The notes under the pieces are model-generated. The model saw only the letters and a list, made by a program, of their open reading frames with translations. It searched no databases and was not told where the DNA came from. From ANME-2 cluster archaeon (lineage in GTDB: Archaea > Halobacteriota > Methanosarcinia > Methanosarcinales > Methanocomedenaceae): 34,660 nucleotides of DNA. The DNA is taken from the NCBI GenBank assembly GCA_023544495.1, contig JAMJFV010000002.1, positions 1-34,660 of the forward strand. Direction: 5' to 3'. Position 1 is the stretch's first letter; every line of letters begins with the position of its first letter. Below are positions 16,878 through 25,426 of this stretch, piece after piece. A program made the position numbers and the translations under genes.

Positions 16878-17371
16878 ATCTGTTACTTCCTGTTAGATAA
16901 ACAGGTATTCAAATATTCAGATATTTCGCCTATTGCTGTAATCGATCTCTCCTCTGCTCTTCATATCAAAGCTTTTCCCTACACTTCTGAGCAGCGGATA
17001 GGTCTTATTACAGCGATAATAGTATTAGTAAGCGCGATTGCTGGATTAACTATAAAGAATAAGCATTCTCCGCGTAGGAAGATGGCTCATCTCTTGGTTG
17101 CTGCATTTGGATTAATCTTAACCTTCAATGCCCTGATTAGGCTTGTAAAAAACTTTATTATTTGCAGACTGGCTTTCGTAGAGGCTTGATGGAAGTATGC
17201 TAAAACAATACCGAACAAGAGCGTTTTATTTTTGGTACGACAAGATATAAGAAAAAAAGAACTGCCACCTAAGGTTAACCCACAAACAATAGATAGAATC
17301 AGAATCATTATACTTAAATATGTTAGAGTTGTTTATTTTACCATCAGGATAAATAAAATTGGGGTGAAAAT

Positions 17372-17659
17372 ATGCAAAAAATGACTTTTGAACAGAATAT
17401 GGAAGCCATGAGTAAGATGACTCCTGAAGAAAGAGTAGCAAAAGTGGGGGAACTTACGAAGATTTGCATCTGTGCTGACTGCCCTACTTATGTTGGCACG
17501 GGAGAAAAGAGCTTATTATTCTGTGCAACCGAAAAAAGTAAAATAATAAAAAAAGAGAAAGGCTGTATCTGTCCGGGTTGCCCTGTTTATGAGAATATGG
17601 GTCTGAGATGGGATTACTATTGCACCAGAGGTTCTGGTAAAGAACAGGCTGGGAAATAA
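17372..17659 (+). CDS. DUF2769-type cysteine-rich protein
   Basis: ICICADCPTY...LLFCA....KGCICPGCPVY....DYYC matches the DUF2769 pattern as I remember it. SD site ggggtgaaaatATG. Confidence 0.7.
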   Translation: MQKMTFEQNMEAMSKMTPEERVAKVGELTKICICADCPTYVGTGEKSLLFCATEKSKIIKKEKGCICPGCPVYENMGLRWDYYCTRGSGKEQAGK

Positions 17660-17666
17660 TAACAGC

Positions 17667-18896
17667 ATGGCTAAATGGCTCTGTACGGTCTGTAATATCT
17701 ATATTTACAATGAAGAGAAAGGGGATTCTCTTACAGGATTAGAACCTGAAACAAAAGTTTCGGACTTTCCTGATTCCTGGAGATGTCCCGTCTGCGGAGT
17801 AGCCAGAGACAAGCTTGTTCAGATTTCCGAAGAGGAATACTGGCTAAAAGCTAAGGCTTATACGGATTTTATTGAGAAAAAGGAGCAAATAAGAAGCATT
17901 TTAGTTGGGGTGGATAATCCACAAACAACGCCTGAATTAAGACAGGAATATGGAAAACCTCTGGGCTTGCGGGGAATAGGTCAGGGACTCGGCTATCTTG
18001 CCAATTTTAAAGCACTCTCAAAATACAGTTTGAAAAAAAGGCTGATAACAGAGCATGAAGACCCTGTTACAGAAACCACGTTCCTGGGGAAAACGATATC
18101 CATCCCTATACTTGGGGCTCCTATGAGCGGTTTGAGCTATGTGAGCAATATAACCGAAGAGGACTTTGCTTATAATATCCTGGAAGGATGCAAAGTCGCA
18201 GGTACTATTGGATTTACAGGAAACACATCTAAAGACTATGAGATTATGCATCCTGCAATAATGGCTCTTAAAAGAGTCAAAGGGCACGGGGTAAACATTT
18301 TCAAGCCACAGTCGCAGGAAGTCCTTTCAGAGCTGATAAAGCAATCCGAGAATGAAAAAACAGTGGCTGTAGGTGTGGATATTGACGGCGCAGGTTCTGT
18401 AAACGTCGCGCTTTCCGGAAAGCCTGTTTTCAGGAAAACGATCGATGAACTGAAAGAACTCAAAAAATCAACAATGCTTCCTTTTATTGTAAAAGGTATC
18501 ATGTGCGAGGAGGATGCACTTGTTGCTGTTGAAGCAGGGGTTGATGTGATAGGCATTTCCAATCATGGCGGCAGGGTTATAGATTCAACTCCGGGGGTTG
18601 CGGATGTTCTTCCTGAAATTGTGAAAGCCGTAAGAGAAACGGAGGAAGGTAAAAGAGTTGTGATCACGGCAGACGGGGGAGTAAGAACAGGATTTGATGC
18701 TGTCAAGATGTTAGCTCTTGGTGCTGATTTTGTCTTGGTGGGAAGACCGCTGGCAAGAGAGGCAGTTTCAAGCGGGGTAGAAGGAGTCAAGAGAATTTTG
18801 GAAAATTTGAAAACAGATTTTAAGATCGCAATGATTATGACTTCATGCAATACGCTGGAAGACATAAATGAAAACATTCTTATCAAGAGCGGTTAG
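17667..18896 (+). CDS. Rubredoxin-domain fused to an FMN-dependent alpha-hydroxy-acid dehydrogenase/oxidase family enzyme
   Basis: N-terminus WLCTVCNIYIYNEE...DFPDSWRCPVCGV (rubredoxin CxxC...CPxCG). The C-terminal TIM barrel has ISNHGGRVID and ADGGVRTGFDAVKMLALGADFVLVGRP. Confidence 0.85.
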   Translation: MAKWLCTVCNIYIYNEEKGDSLTGLEPETKVSDFPDSWRCPVCGVARDKLVQISEEEYWLKAKAYTDFIEKKEQIRSILVGVDNPQTTPELRQEYGKPLGLRGIGQGLGYLANFKALSKYSLKKRLITEHEDPVTETTFLGKTISIPILGAPMSGLSYVSNITEEDFAYNILEGCKVAGTIGFTGNTSKDYEIMHPAIMALKRVKGHGVNIFKPQSQEVLSELIKQSENEKTVAVGVDIDGAGSVNVALSGKPVFRKTIDELKELKKSTMLPFIVKGIMCEEDALVAVEAGVDVIGISNHGGRVIDSTPGVADVLPEIVKAVRETEEGKRVVITADGGVRTGFDAVKMLALGADFVLVGRPLAREAVSSGVEGVKRILENLKTDFKIAMIMTSCNTLEDINENILIKSG

Positions 18897-18917
18897 CATC
18901 CATGCAGGAAATAAAAT

Positions 18918-19215
18918 GCAGATTTTGATACCTGTCTTGTTCTCCATGCCGAACATTCTTTCAACGCATCCACGTTTGCTGCGGGGTGGTTGTATCAACC
19001 CGGGTAGACATGTATTCATGCGTTGGCACCGCACTGGGTGCGCTTTCGGGTGAACTCCACGGCGGCGCCAATACTCAGGTGATGAAAATCTCTTTGAAAT
19101 TGATAATGCATTGATTCTTTACGGCATTTCAGAAAGACTGGCGGAAAGAACCGGAGATGCAAAATGGTTCGAGCTATCAAGAAAGATCGAAAATGTGGTA
19201 AGGGAATACGCCTAA
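18918..19215 (+). pseudogene. Citrate synthase relic (about 100 codons spread over three frames)
   Basis: Three reading-frame pieces: ADFDTCLVLHAEHSFNASTFAAG; VVVSTRVDMYSCVGTALGALSGELHGGANTQVMK; ..FEIDNALILYGISERLAERTGDAKWFELSRKIENVV. They match the citrate synthase blocks L.LHADHE.NAST.AARVV.ST..D.YS....A.GAL.GPLHGGAN..V. The GFGHRVY region and both termini are missing. Confidence 0.7.
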
Positions 19216-19239
19216 AATTTACATTCGCCGCCTTTCATT

Positions 19240-20607
19240 TCAGTATACCGATACAGATTTGATGTTCATGAATTCATAGAGCCCGAATTTAGAGAGCTCT
19301 CTTCCAATACCGCTTTTCTTCACTCCCCCGAAAGGAAGGCGCGGGTCGGACTTGACGAGTGAATTTACAACTACAACGCCTGCTTCAATCTCTTTTGCAA
19401 GACGAAGTGCTTTGTCCCTGTCCTCGCTCCATATACTTGCCCCAAGCCCAAGCTCTGATTCATTAGCCACTTTTATCGCGGAAGACTCATCTTTCACTGG
19501 AATTACAGGCGCCACAGGACCAAAGGTCTCCTCCTTTAACACCTTCATTTCCTGTGTTACATTTGAAAGTACGATAGGAGAATAGAAGAACCCATTCTTT
19601 TGAAGTCTTCCTCCCTCAAGCAGAGCTTTTGCTCCTTTCGATAAAGCATCCTTCACCTGCTCTTCAAGGAGTTCTATCTGCTCCTCCCTCACAAGCGGGC
19701 CTATATCAGTATCAGGATCCATAGGGTCGCCGACTTTAAGGTTAGAAGCATGCTCAACAAATTTTGTGGTAAACTCTTCCGCTATACTTTCTTCGACTAT
19801 GAAGCGTTTTGCGGCGATACAGCTCTGACCTGCATCGAGAAACCTGCTGGCAACAGCAATCTTCGCAGCTTTTTCAATATCGGCATCCGCAAGAACAATG
19901 AAAGGATCGCTTCCACCAAGTTCGAGGACGAACTTTTTCATGTTCCGCCCGCAAACCTCTGCCACCTTCTGTCCTGAGGAAACACTCCCTGTCAAGGATA
20001 CTGCGTCTATCTCCTTTCTCTTGATAAGCGATGATGCAGTTGATCCATCTATCAGTAATGTCTGGAAGACCCCGTCGGGAAAACCTGCCTCTGAAAAAAT
20101 CTTTTCGAGTTCAAGTGCGCATAAGGGAACGTAGCTTGAATGTTTGAGCAATACAACATTCCCGCCTGATAGTGCCGGGGAAGCGAAACGCAAAGCCTGC
20201 CAGAATGGAAAGTTCCAGGGCATGATACACAGTATCGTTCCACGCGGTTCAAATGAAACATACGCTTTCTGTGCATCTGTTTCCACGATCTCATGCTCCA
20301 AAAACCGCTCAGTATTCTGCGCGAAGTACTCAAGAGCCCATGCGCATTTTTCAACCTCGGGTATTGATTCTTTTATGGGTTTACCCATTTCCGATGTGAT
20401 AATTTCACCAAGTTCCTTCTTCCGTCTTCGCAGCACATTCGCAGCGTTTGTAAGATATTCTGCCCTGTCAGAGATATCCAGGTTCTTCCATTCTGAAAAG
20501 GCATTCCTGGACTTTCTAACTGCTTCGTTTATCTTTTCCTGTGAATAAAGTTCGAATTCCCTGTTAATGTCCCCTGTGGCAGGGTTAATAGAGACCATCT
20601 TTTTCAT
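19240..20607 (-). CDS. NAD(P)-dependent aldehyde dehydrogenase, succinate-semialdehyde dehydrogenase-like
   Basis: 455 aa. Contains SINPATG..., LELGGSDPFIV (catalytic Glu region), AGQSCIAAKRF (catalytic Cys) and EETFGPV. Confidence 0.9.
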   Translation of the reverse strand: MKKMVSINPATGDINREFELYSQEKINEAVRKSRNAFSEWKNLDISDRAEYLTNAANVLRRRKKELGEIITSEMGKPIKESIPEVEKCAWALEYFAQNTERFLEHEIVETDAQKAYVSFEPRGTILCIMPWNFPFWQALRFASPALSGGNVVLLKHSSYVPLCALELEKIFSEAGFPDGVFQTLLIDGSTASSLIKRKEIDAVSLTGSVSSGQKVAEVCGRNMKKFVLELGGSDPFIVLADADIEKAAKIAVASRFLDAGQSCIAAKRFIVEESIAEEFTTKFVEHASNLKVGDPMDPDTDIGPLVREEQIELLEEQVKDALSKGAKALLEGGRLQKNGFFYSPIVLSNVTQEMKVLKEETFGPVAPVIPVKDESSAIKVANESELGLGASIWSEDRDKALRLAKEIEAGVVVVNSLVKSDPRLPFGGVKKSGIGRELSKFGLYEFMNIKSVSVY

Positions 20608-20611
20608 TGTT

Positions 20612-23386
20612 TCAACTCCTTTTATTACTTAATATATTTCTCAGGAATGTATGCAGGATGCCGCCATTTCTATAAAATTCCATTTCAATTGGTGAGTCCA
20701 GTCTTGCCATGACGTTAAATTTCTTTTCTTTTCCATTTTCATCTCTTGCAACCACTTGTAGCTCTCCCCCCGGCTCCATGGTACTTATGCCCAGGATATT
20801 CAATGTTTCACCTCCCTTGATGCCCAGCCCATCTGCGTTCTCCTCTTTCATGAACTGCAGCGGCAGAACGCCCATTCCCACGAGGTTGCTCCTGTGGATA
20901 CGCTCAAAGGATTCAGCTATTACCGCGCTGACCCCAAGAAGACATGTGCCCTTGGCAGCCCAATCGCGGGAACTGCCTGTGCCGTATTCTTTCCCTGCTA
21001 TGATGACCAGAGGGATGTCATTCTTTTTGTAAAGCATCGCTGCATCGTAAATTGTCATCTCTTTTCCAGAAGGAAAATAACGAGTCCATCCTCCATCTTT
21101 ATCAGGAACCAGCCTGTTCCTGAGATTTATGTTTCCAAATGTTCCCCGCATCATTACCTCATGATTTCCCCTCCTTGACCCGAAGGAATTGAAATCTTTC
21201 GGAGCCACCCCACAGGATATCAGATACTGTCCTGCAAGAGAATCTTGAGAAAATTCCCCGGCCGGGGAAATGTGATCCGTGGTGATGCTGTCTCCCATAT
21301 ATGCAAGTACACGCAGACCCCTCAAGTCGCCCTTTTCAGGAAGCTTTACCAGGAAATCCTTGAAGAAAGGAGGCTCCTGGATATATGTTGATCCGCTGTC
21401 CCATTCATAGAGTTTGCCGGAAGGGACTTTAAGATTCTCCCATAGCTCTGTGCCGCCTGATATCTCTGAATACTGTTCAAACAAGTGAGGGCTGATGGTG
21501 TTTTTTATAACCTGCCGGATTTCCTCCTGATCTGGCCAGATATCGTTTAGATATACAGGCTCGCCATTCGGGTCGTATCCGATGGGTTCTGTCTTAAGAT
21601 CGATATCTACAGTACCAGATATAGCATATGCTACCACCAATGGAGGCGAGGAAAGGTAATTTGCTTTGACGAGCGGGTTAATCCTGCCCTCAAAATTACG
21701 GTTTCCACTTAATACCGAAGCGACTATCAGATCATCTTCTTTCACCGCCCTGGCAATGTTCTCCGGGATCGGACCGCTGTTGCCTATGCATGTCGTACAT
21801 CCATATCCCACGAGATGGAATCCCAGAGCCTCAAGATAAGGCATGAGTCCTGAGTTCACAAGGTATTCGCTGACAACACGCGAACCCGGAGCAAGGCTCG
21901 TTTTAACATATGGCTTGACCTTGAGTCCTCGCTTTACAGCGTTTTTTGCGAGAAGACCCGCTCCGATCATCACAGAAGGGTTTGAAGTGTTGGTGCATGA
22001 GGTTATGGCTGCGATTACTATAGAGCCGCTTTTTACCGGGACTTTCATCTCATATTTTGCGTCAAGCTCTTCCCTTCCAGTATGTTCATGCTCGACCCTG
22101 AAGCTTCCCCCCTCCCCCAGCCAGCGGTGATATTCATGATCCGCTTCTACCTCGGTTTTTTTACGGAGAAACGTCTCCTCCATGGCCTTATGGAAACTTG
22201 CTTCCATTTCATCAAGAGGTATACAATCCTGAGGTAGTTTCGGTCCAGCAAGGCTTGGTTCAACGGTGCTCATGTCAAGTTCCAATATCTCGCTAAACAG
22301 AGGTTCGGGACTTTCATCGGTGCTGAAGAGACCCTGCTCAATTGCATATAATTTAACCAGATTAACGTGCTCCTTTTTCCTTCCCGTAATCAGGAGATAC
22401 TTTAACGTTTCATCATCGATTGGAAAGAATCCCACAGTTGCGCCGTATTCGGGAGCCATATTTGAGATGGTAGCCCTTTCGGGCAGGCTCAATGTGCTCA
22501 AACCTGGCCCGTAAAATTCAACGAATTTGCCCACAACTTTGTGCATCCTTAATATCCGGGTAATGGTAAGAACAAGATCGGTGGCCGTCACTCCATCCTT
22601 CAATTCACCATAAAGCCTGAACCCCACAACTTCAGGAACAGGCATGTGGTATGGCTGGCCCAGCATAACCGCTTCTGCTTCTATCCCTCCAACACCCCAT
22701 CCCAGCACTCCCAGGCTATTTATCATCGTGGTATGGGAATCCATCCCGACAAGGGTATCAGGATAAGCGACAGGTTCGCCGTTCACTCTCTTGACCTGTA
22801 CCACTGATGCAAGATATTCAAGATTTACCTGATGGACTATTCCTCTGCCCGGCGGAACGACACGAAAATTATCAAAAGCCTGCTGCCCCCATCGAAGAAC
22901 GGCATACCTCTCGCGGTTCCGCTCAAGTTCCTTTTTCTCATTATAAGCACTGGCGTACGAGGTGCCGTAATAATCCACCTGGATGGAATGGTCAATAACC
23001 AGGTCTGCTGGTATAACAGGATTGATCTTTGCCGACTCGCCCCCAAGCCTCTGAACGGCCGACCTCATGGCAGCCAGGTCAACCACTGCGGGAACTCCTG
23101 TGAAATCCTGCAGAAGCACCCTTGCAGGAATAAAAGGTATTTCGCGCTCAACTCTATTTTTTGGATCCCATCCTGCTAATGATTCAACATCCTTTTCGGT
23201 TATAATTCGCCCATCCAAATGCCGCAAGAGCGCTTCAAGCAGTATCCTGATGGAGTATGGAAAGAGAGAGATTTTTCCTAACCCCATCTCCTCAAGTCTG
23301 CTGAGGCGGTAGATTGCTACACGACCCCTGCCAGTATCGATAAAATCTTTAACCCCAAATGGATTCATATCAGCACTCATATCCAT
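20612..23386 (-). CDS. acnA: Aconitate hydratase A (AcnA/IRP type)
   Basis: 924 aa. Contains LPYSIRILLEALLR, DHSIQVD, GMDSHTTM, ITSCTNTSNP, GCTTCIGNSG and the swivel domain GKEYGTGSSRDWAAKG. Confidence 0.95.
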   Translation of the reverse strand: MDMSADMNPFGVKDFIDTGRGRVAIYRLSRLEEMGLGKISLFPYSIRILLEALLRHLDGRIITEKDVESLAGWDPKNRVEREIPFIPARVLLQDFTGVPAVVDLAAMRSAVQRLGGESAKINPVIPADLVIDHSIQVDYYGTSYASAYNEKKELERNRERYAVLRWGQQAFDNFRVVPPGRGIVHQVNLEYLASVVQVKRVNGEPVAYPDTLVGMDSHTTMINSLGVLGWGVGGIEAEAVMLGQPYHMPVPEVVGFRLYGELKDGVTATDLVLTITRILRMHKVVGKFVEFYGPGLSTLSLPERATISNMAPEYGATVGFFPIDDETLKYLLITGRKKEHVNLVKLYAIEQGLFSTDESPEPLFSEILELDMSTVEPSLAGPKLPQDCIPLDEMEASFHKAMEETFLRKKTEVEADHEYHRWLGEGGSFRVEHEHTGREELDAKYEMKVPVKSGSIVIAAITSCTNTSNPSVMIGAGLLAKNAVKRGLKVKPYVKTSLAPGSRVVSEYLVNSGLMPYLEALGFHLVGYGCTTCIGNSGPIPENIARAVKEDDLIVASVLSGNRNFEGRINPLVKANYLSSPPLVVAYAISGTVDIDLKTEPIGYDPNGEPVYLNDIWPDQEEIRQVIKNTISPHLFEQYSEISGGTELWENLKVPSGKLYEWDSGSTYIQEPPFFKDFLVKLPEKGDLRGLRVLAYMGDSITTDHISPAGEFSQDSLAGQYLISCGVAPKDFNSFGSRRGNHEVMMRGTFGNINLRNRLVPDKDGGWTRYFPSGKEMTIYDAAMLYKKNDIPLVIIAGKEYGTGSSRDWAAKGTCLLGVSAVIAESFERIHRSNLVGMGVLPLQFMKEENADGLGIKGGETLNILGISTMEPGGELQVVARDENGKEKKFNVMARLDSPIEMEFYRNGGILHTFLRNILSNKRS

Positions 23387-23778
23387 TTATTCGCTTTTAA
23401 CTCCTTCCCCAGACCTCATTATTCTATCTATCAAACCATACTCCACTGCATCCTCTGCTGACAAGAAGAAGTCCCTGTCCGTATCTTTCTCAATGACCTC
23501 TATGGGTTGCCCCGTGTGATGGACCAGGATTTCATTGAGATGTTCTTTGACCCTTGCCATCTCTTTTGCCTGAATAGCGATATCCGATGCCTGTCCCTGT
23601 GCGCCCCCGAGGGGCTGGTGAATCATCACCCTTGCATTGGGAAATGCCATCCTTTTTCCCTTTGCTCCCGCTGCCACACCTGTGAGGAGTATTATCTGGT
23701 CGTCCAGCAGGCGGGAATAAATATCCAGCGTATGCGGGGGGTTTGCTCTGATACATAAAGCATTTTTGGAATTACCAT
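23387..23778 (-). pseudogene. clpP: ClpP protease subunit relic: N-terminal frameshift plus an internal deletion removing the catalytic Ser region
   Basis: aaaggaggacaaaacaATG gives [15 protein letters not shown]. The frame is then lost at a C6 run. It resumes as [17 protein letters not shown] joined directly to [22 protein letters not shown]...[20 protein letters not shown]. By comparison with the canonical family layout as I recall it, roughly 75 residues that normally contain the GxAASMG serine are absent. Confidence 0.75.
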
Positions 23779-23812
23779 TGTTTTGTCCTCCTTTAATGTT
23801 TAAATTAATATA

Positions 23813-24262
23813 TCACATCAAACTGAAATCCATTTTTGAAATGATGAGATTATTGCAAACTGACATGATCCCACTATAGAAAATAATACCCAAAAATAGC
23901 GCTGTGAACCATAAAAGAAAAACAATTCTCATGGGGATAATGGTCTTCCTGATCAATCTATCAAATGCAAAGAATACGCCTCCGAACAATGCCAGCGATC
24001 CAATAGCCGCATGCAGAATTAGCAAATTCCCGGTAATATCAAGAAATAACGCCCCAGTCAGGAGATGAGATATTATAGAATATCCCATCCATATCAAAGA
24101 TACGAATCCCAAAAAGACAGCGAACCTTGCCAATTTAAAATGTTTTGAAAGATCGTTTCTTTTTACAAACACACTGGCAGAAAAAAGGATAATAAAACCT
24201 GCAATCTGAAAGACTAAGGTCATATCTGCAAATGAGCTTGCCACAGTTCCAAGAAAACCCAT
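23813..24262 (-). CDS. Four-TM membrane protein with conserved His residues (same layout as 8625..9035; DUF420-like, unconfirmed)
   Basis: Four hydrophobic helices, with KRNDLSKH after TM1 and LILHAAIG in TM3. It lies 35 nt downstream of the P460-like gene. Confidence 0.5.
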   Translation of the reverse strand: MGFLGTVASSFADMTLVFQIAGFIILFSASVFVKRNDLSKHFKLARFAVFLGFVSLIWMGYSIISHLLTGALFLDITGNLLILHAAIGSLALFGGVFFAFDRLIRKTIIPMRIVFLLWFTALFLGIIFYSGIMSVCNNLIISKMDFSLM

Positions 24263-24297
24263 ACAGACTTCGTCCTTTTAAATTTCCGGATGCATTT

Positions 24298-24825
24298 CTA
24301 TCTAAGGTCACTTGACCATACGTAATCATTGGTTTTGTCTTTGAAGATATCTTTTGGCAGAGCGTGGCAGTCGATGCATCCTTCTACCTTCCCCTCGGCA
24401 TCTATCGTGCCATCTGGCTGGTACTTAGCCCAGAACCAGTCATTGTGAGCCGGATCGTAGCCTTTTTCTTTGTACATAACTGTTATTGCGGCCAGTTTTT
24501 TGTCAGGACCATAGTTTTCTTTTACTATTATGCTCTCTTCAGGCAGGATTCCTTTTTTGCCTTCTATTGCTGCAAAAGCGTCATCGTTCACGTATGTTGT
24601 CAGAAAAGCACCATGCGGTTCGCTTGGTTTTTCTGTTGACTTTGGATATATTTCACCCGTGCCGGGCCACTTCTTCCAGTTTTTATAGTTCTCTTTTATT
24701 ATAAAGTCGTATACAGATTTCCCATCAGCCTTGAGTTCTGTCTCTGGTGGCGCACTTACACAGCCCAGAAAAATTGACACCATAAATATAGCCAATATTG
24801 CGTATGCAATGCTTTTCATTTCCAT
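24298..24825 (-). CDS. Cytochrome P460 / c'-beta family haem lipoprotein
   Basis: Lipobox SIFLGC. HGAFLTTYVNDDAF...LPEESIIVKE...ITVMYK....NDWFWAKY.PDG...G....CIDCH (a single CxxCH near the C-terminus) follows the P460-family pattern. The GGGAG SD site favours the ATG at 24825; the track start is 24840. Confidence 0.7.
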   Translation of the reverse strand: MEMKSIAYAILAIFMVSIFLGCVSAPPETELKADGKSVYDFIIKENYKNWKKWPGTGEIYPKSTEKPSEPHGAFLTTYVNDDAFAAIEGKKGILPEESIIVKENYGPDKKLAAITVMYKEKGYDPAHNDWFWAKYQPDGTIDAEGKVEGCIDCHALPKDIFKDKTNDYVWSSDLR

Positions 24826-25036
24826 AATTTCTACTCCCATCTATTTATTCATTGAGATGACATATATAACTATCTTTCTCGAACTATTAATTGACCTTCC
24901 ATTCCTAAATCCCTGTGATTTGCCACTTCTCACCACATCTTAGAATATTCCTGATTTATCCGCAACAAATTCCATAACCTGATTTTTCCCGGAAGACGCC
25001 ACGTTAACCCTTTGATCATATCCTTCCACAAACAGG

Positions 25037-25423
25037 TCATGTGTACCCTGCATGCCCATAACTCTCGTAAAAAGGCTCGAAAATGATAACCTCATCTCCC
25101 TCGTTTATGATTGCAAGCATGGCAGCCATTAAAGCTTCCGTGGCTCCGCAAGTTACCGTAATTTCAGTTTCTGGGTCAGCTTCGATGTGATTGTATTTGA
25201 GGGCTTTTCGAGAGATTGCATTTCGGAGATCTTTTCCGCCCCACGTGATGGAATATTGATTGTAGTCTTCCAAAATTGCAGATGCGGCAACGTGCTTTAT
25301 CTCATCCGGAGCCGGAAAGTCAGGAAATCCCTGGGCAAGGTTCACGGCATGACGTGTTACTGCAAGCCGGGACATGTCGCAAATTACCGATTCGGTAAAA
25401 TGTTCCAGTCTGTGAGATAACAT
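25037..25423 (-). pseudogene. Class I/II aminotransferase, N-terminal fragment of about 125 aa only
   Basis: INLAQGFPDFPAP....QY....G...LR.AI......VTCGATEAL......INEGDEVIIFEPFYESY is a typical YbdL/KAT-type N-terminus. The ORF then stops. The PLP-lysine half is not found in any frame downstream. Confidence 0.7.
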
Positions 25424-25426
25424 CGA

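Noticed and set aside
16869-17441. Hydrophobic reading frames in the spacer: a + strand frame at 16869-17190 with no usable start, and minus-strand ORFs 17087..17308 and 17226..17441
   Set aside because: They overlap one another, are AT-rich and lack start or SD signals. At best they are remnants of a decayed membrane-protein gene.
20144-20548. Antisense ORFs within the aldehyde dehydrogenase and aconitase genes, for example 20144..20548(+), 22832..23179(+), 21843..22130(+)
   Set aside because: They are embedded in genes with unambiguous full-length family matches on the opposite strand and have no independent signals.
24945-25036. Continuation of the aminotransferase in another frame (MQGTHDLFVEGYDQRVNVASSGKNQVMEFVADKSGIF)
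   Set aside because: This translation does not resemble the middle or C-terminal parts of class I/II aminotransferases. A simple frameshift does not rescue the gene, so it is treated as truncated.
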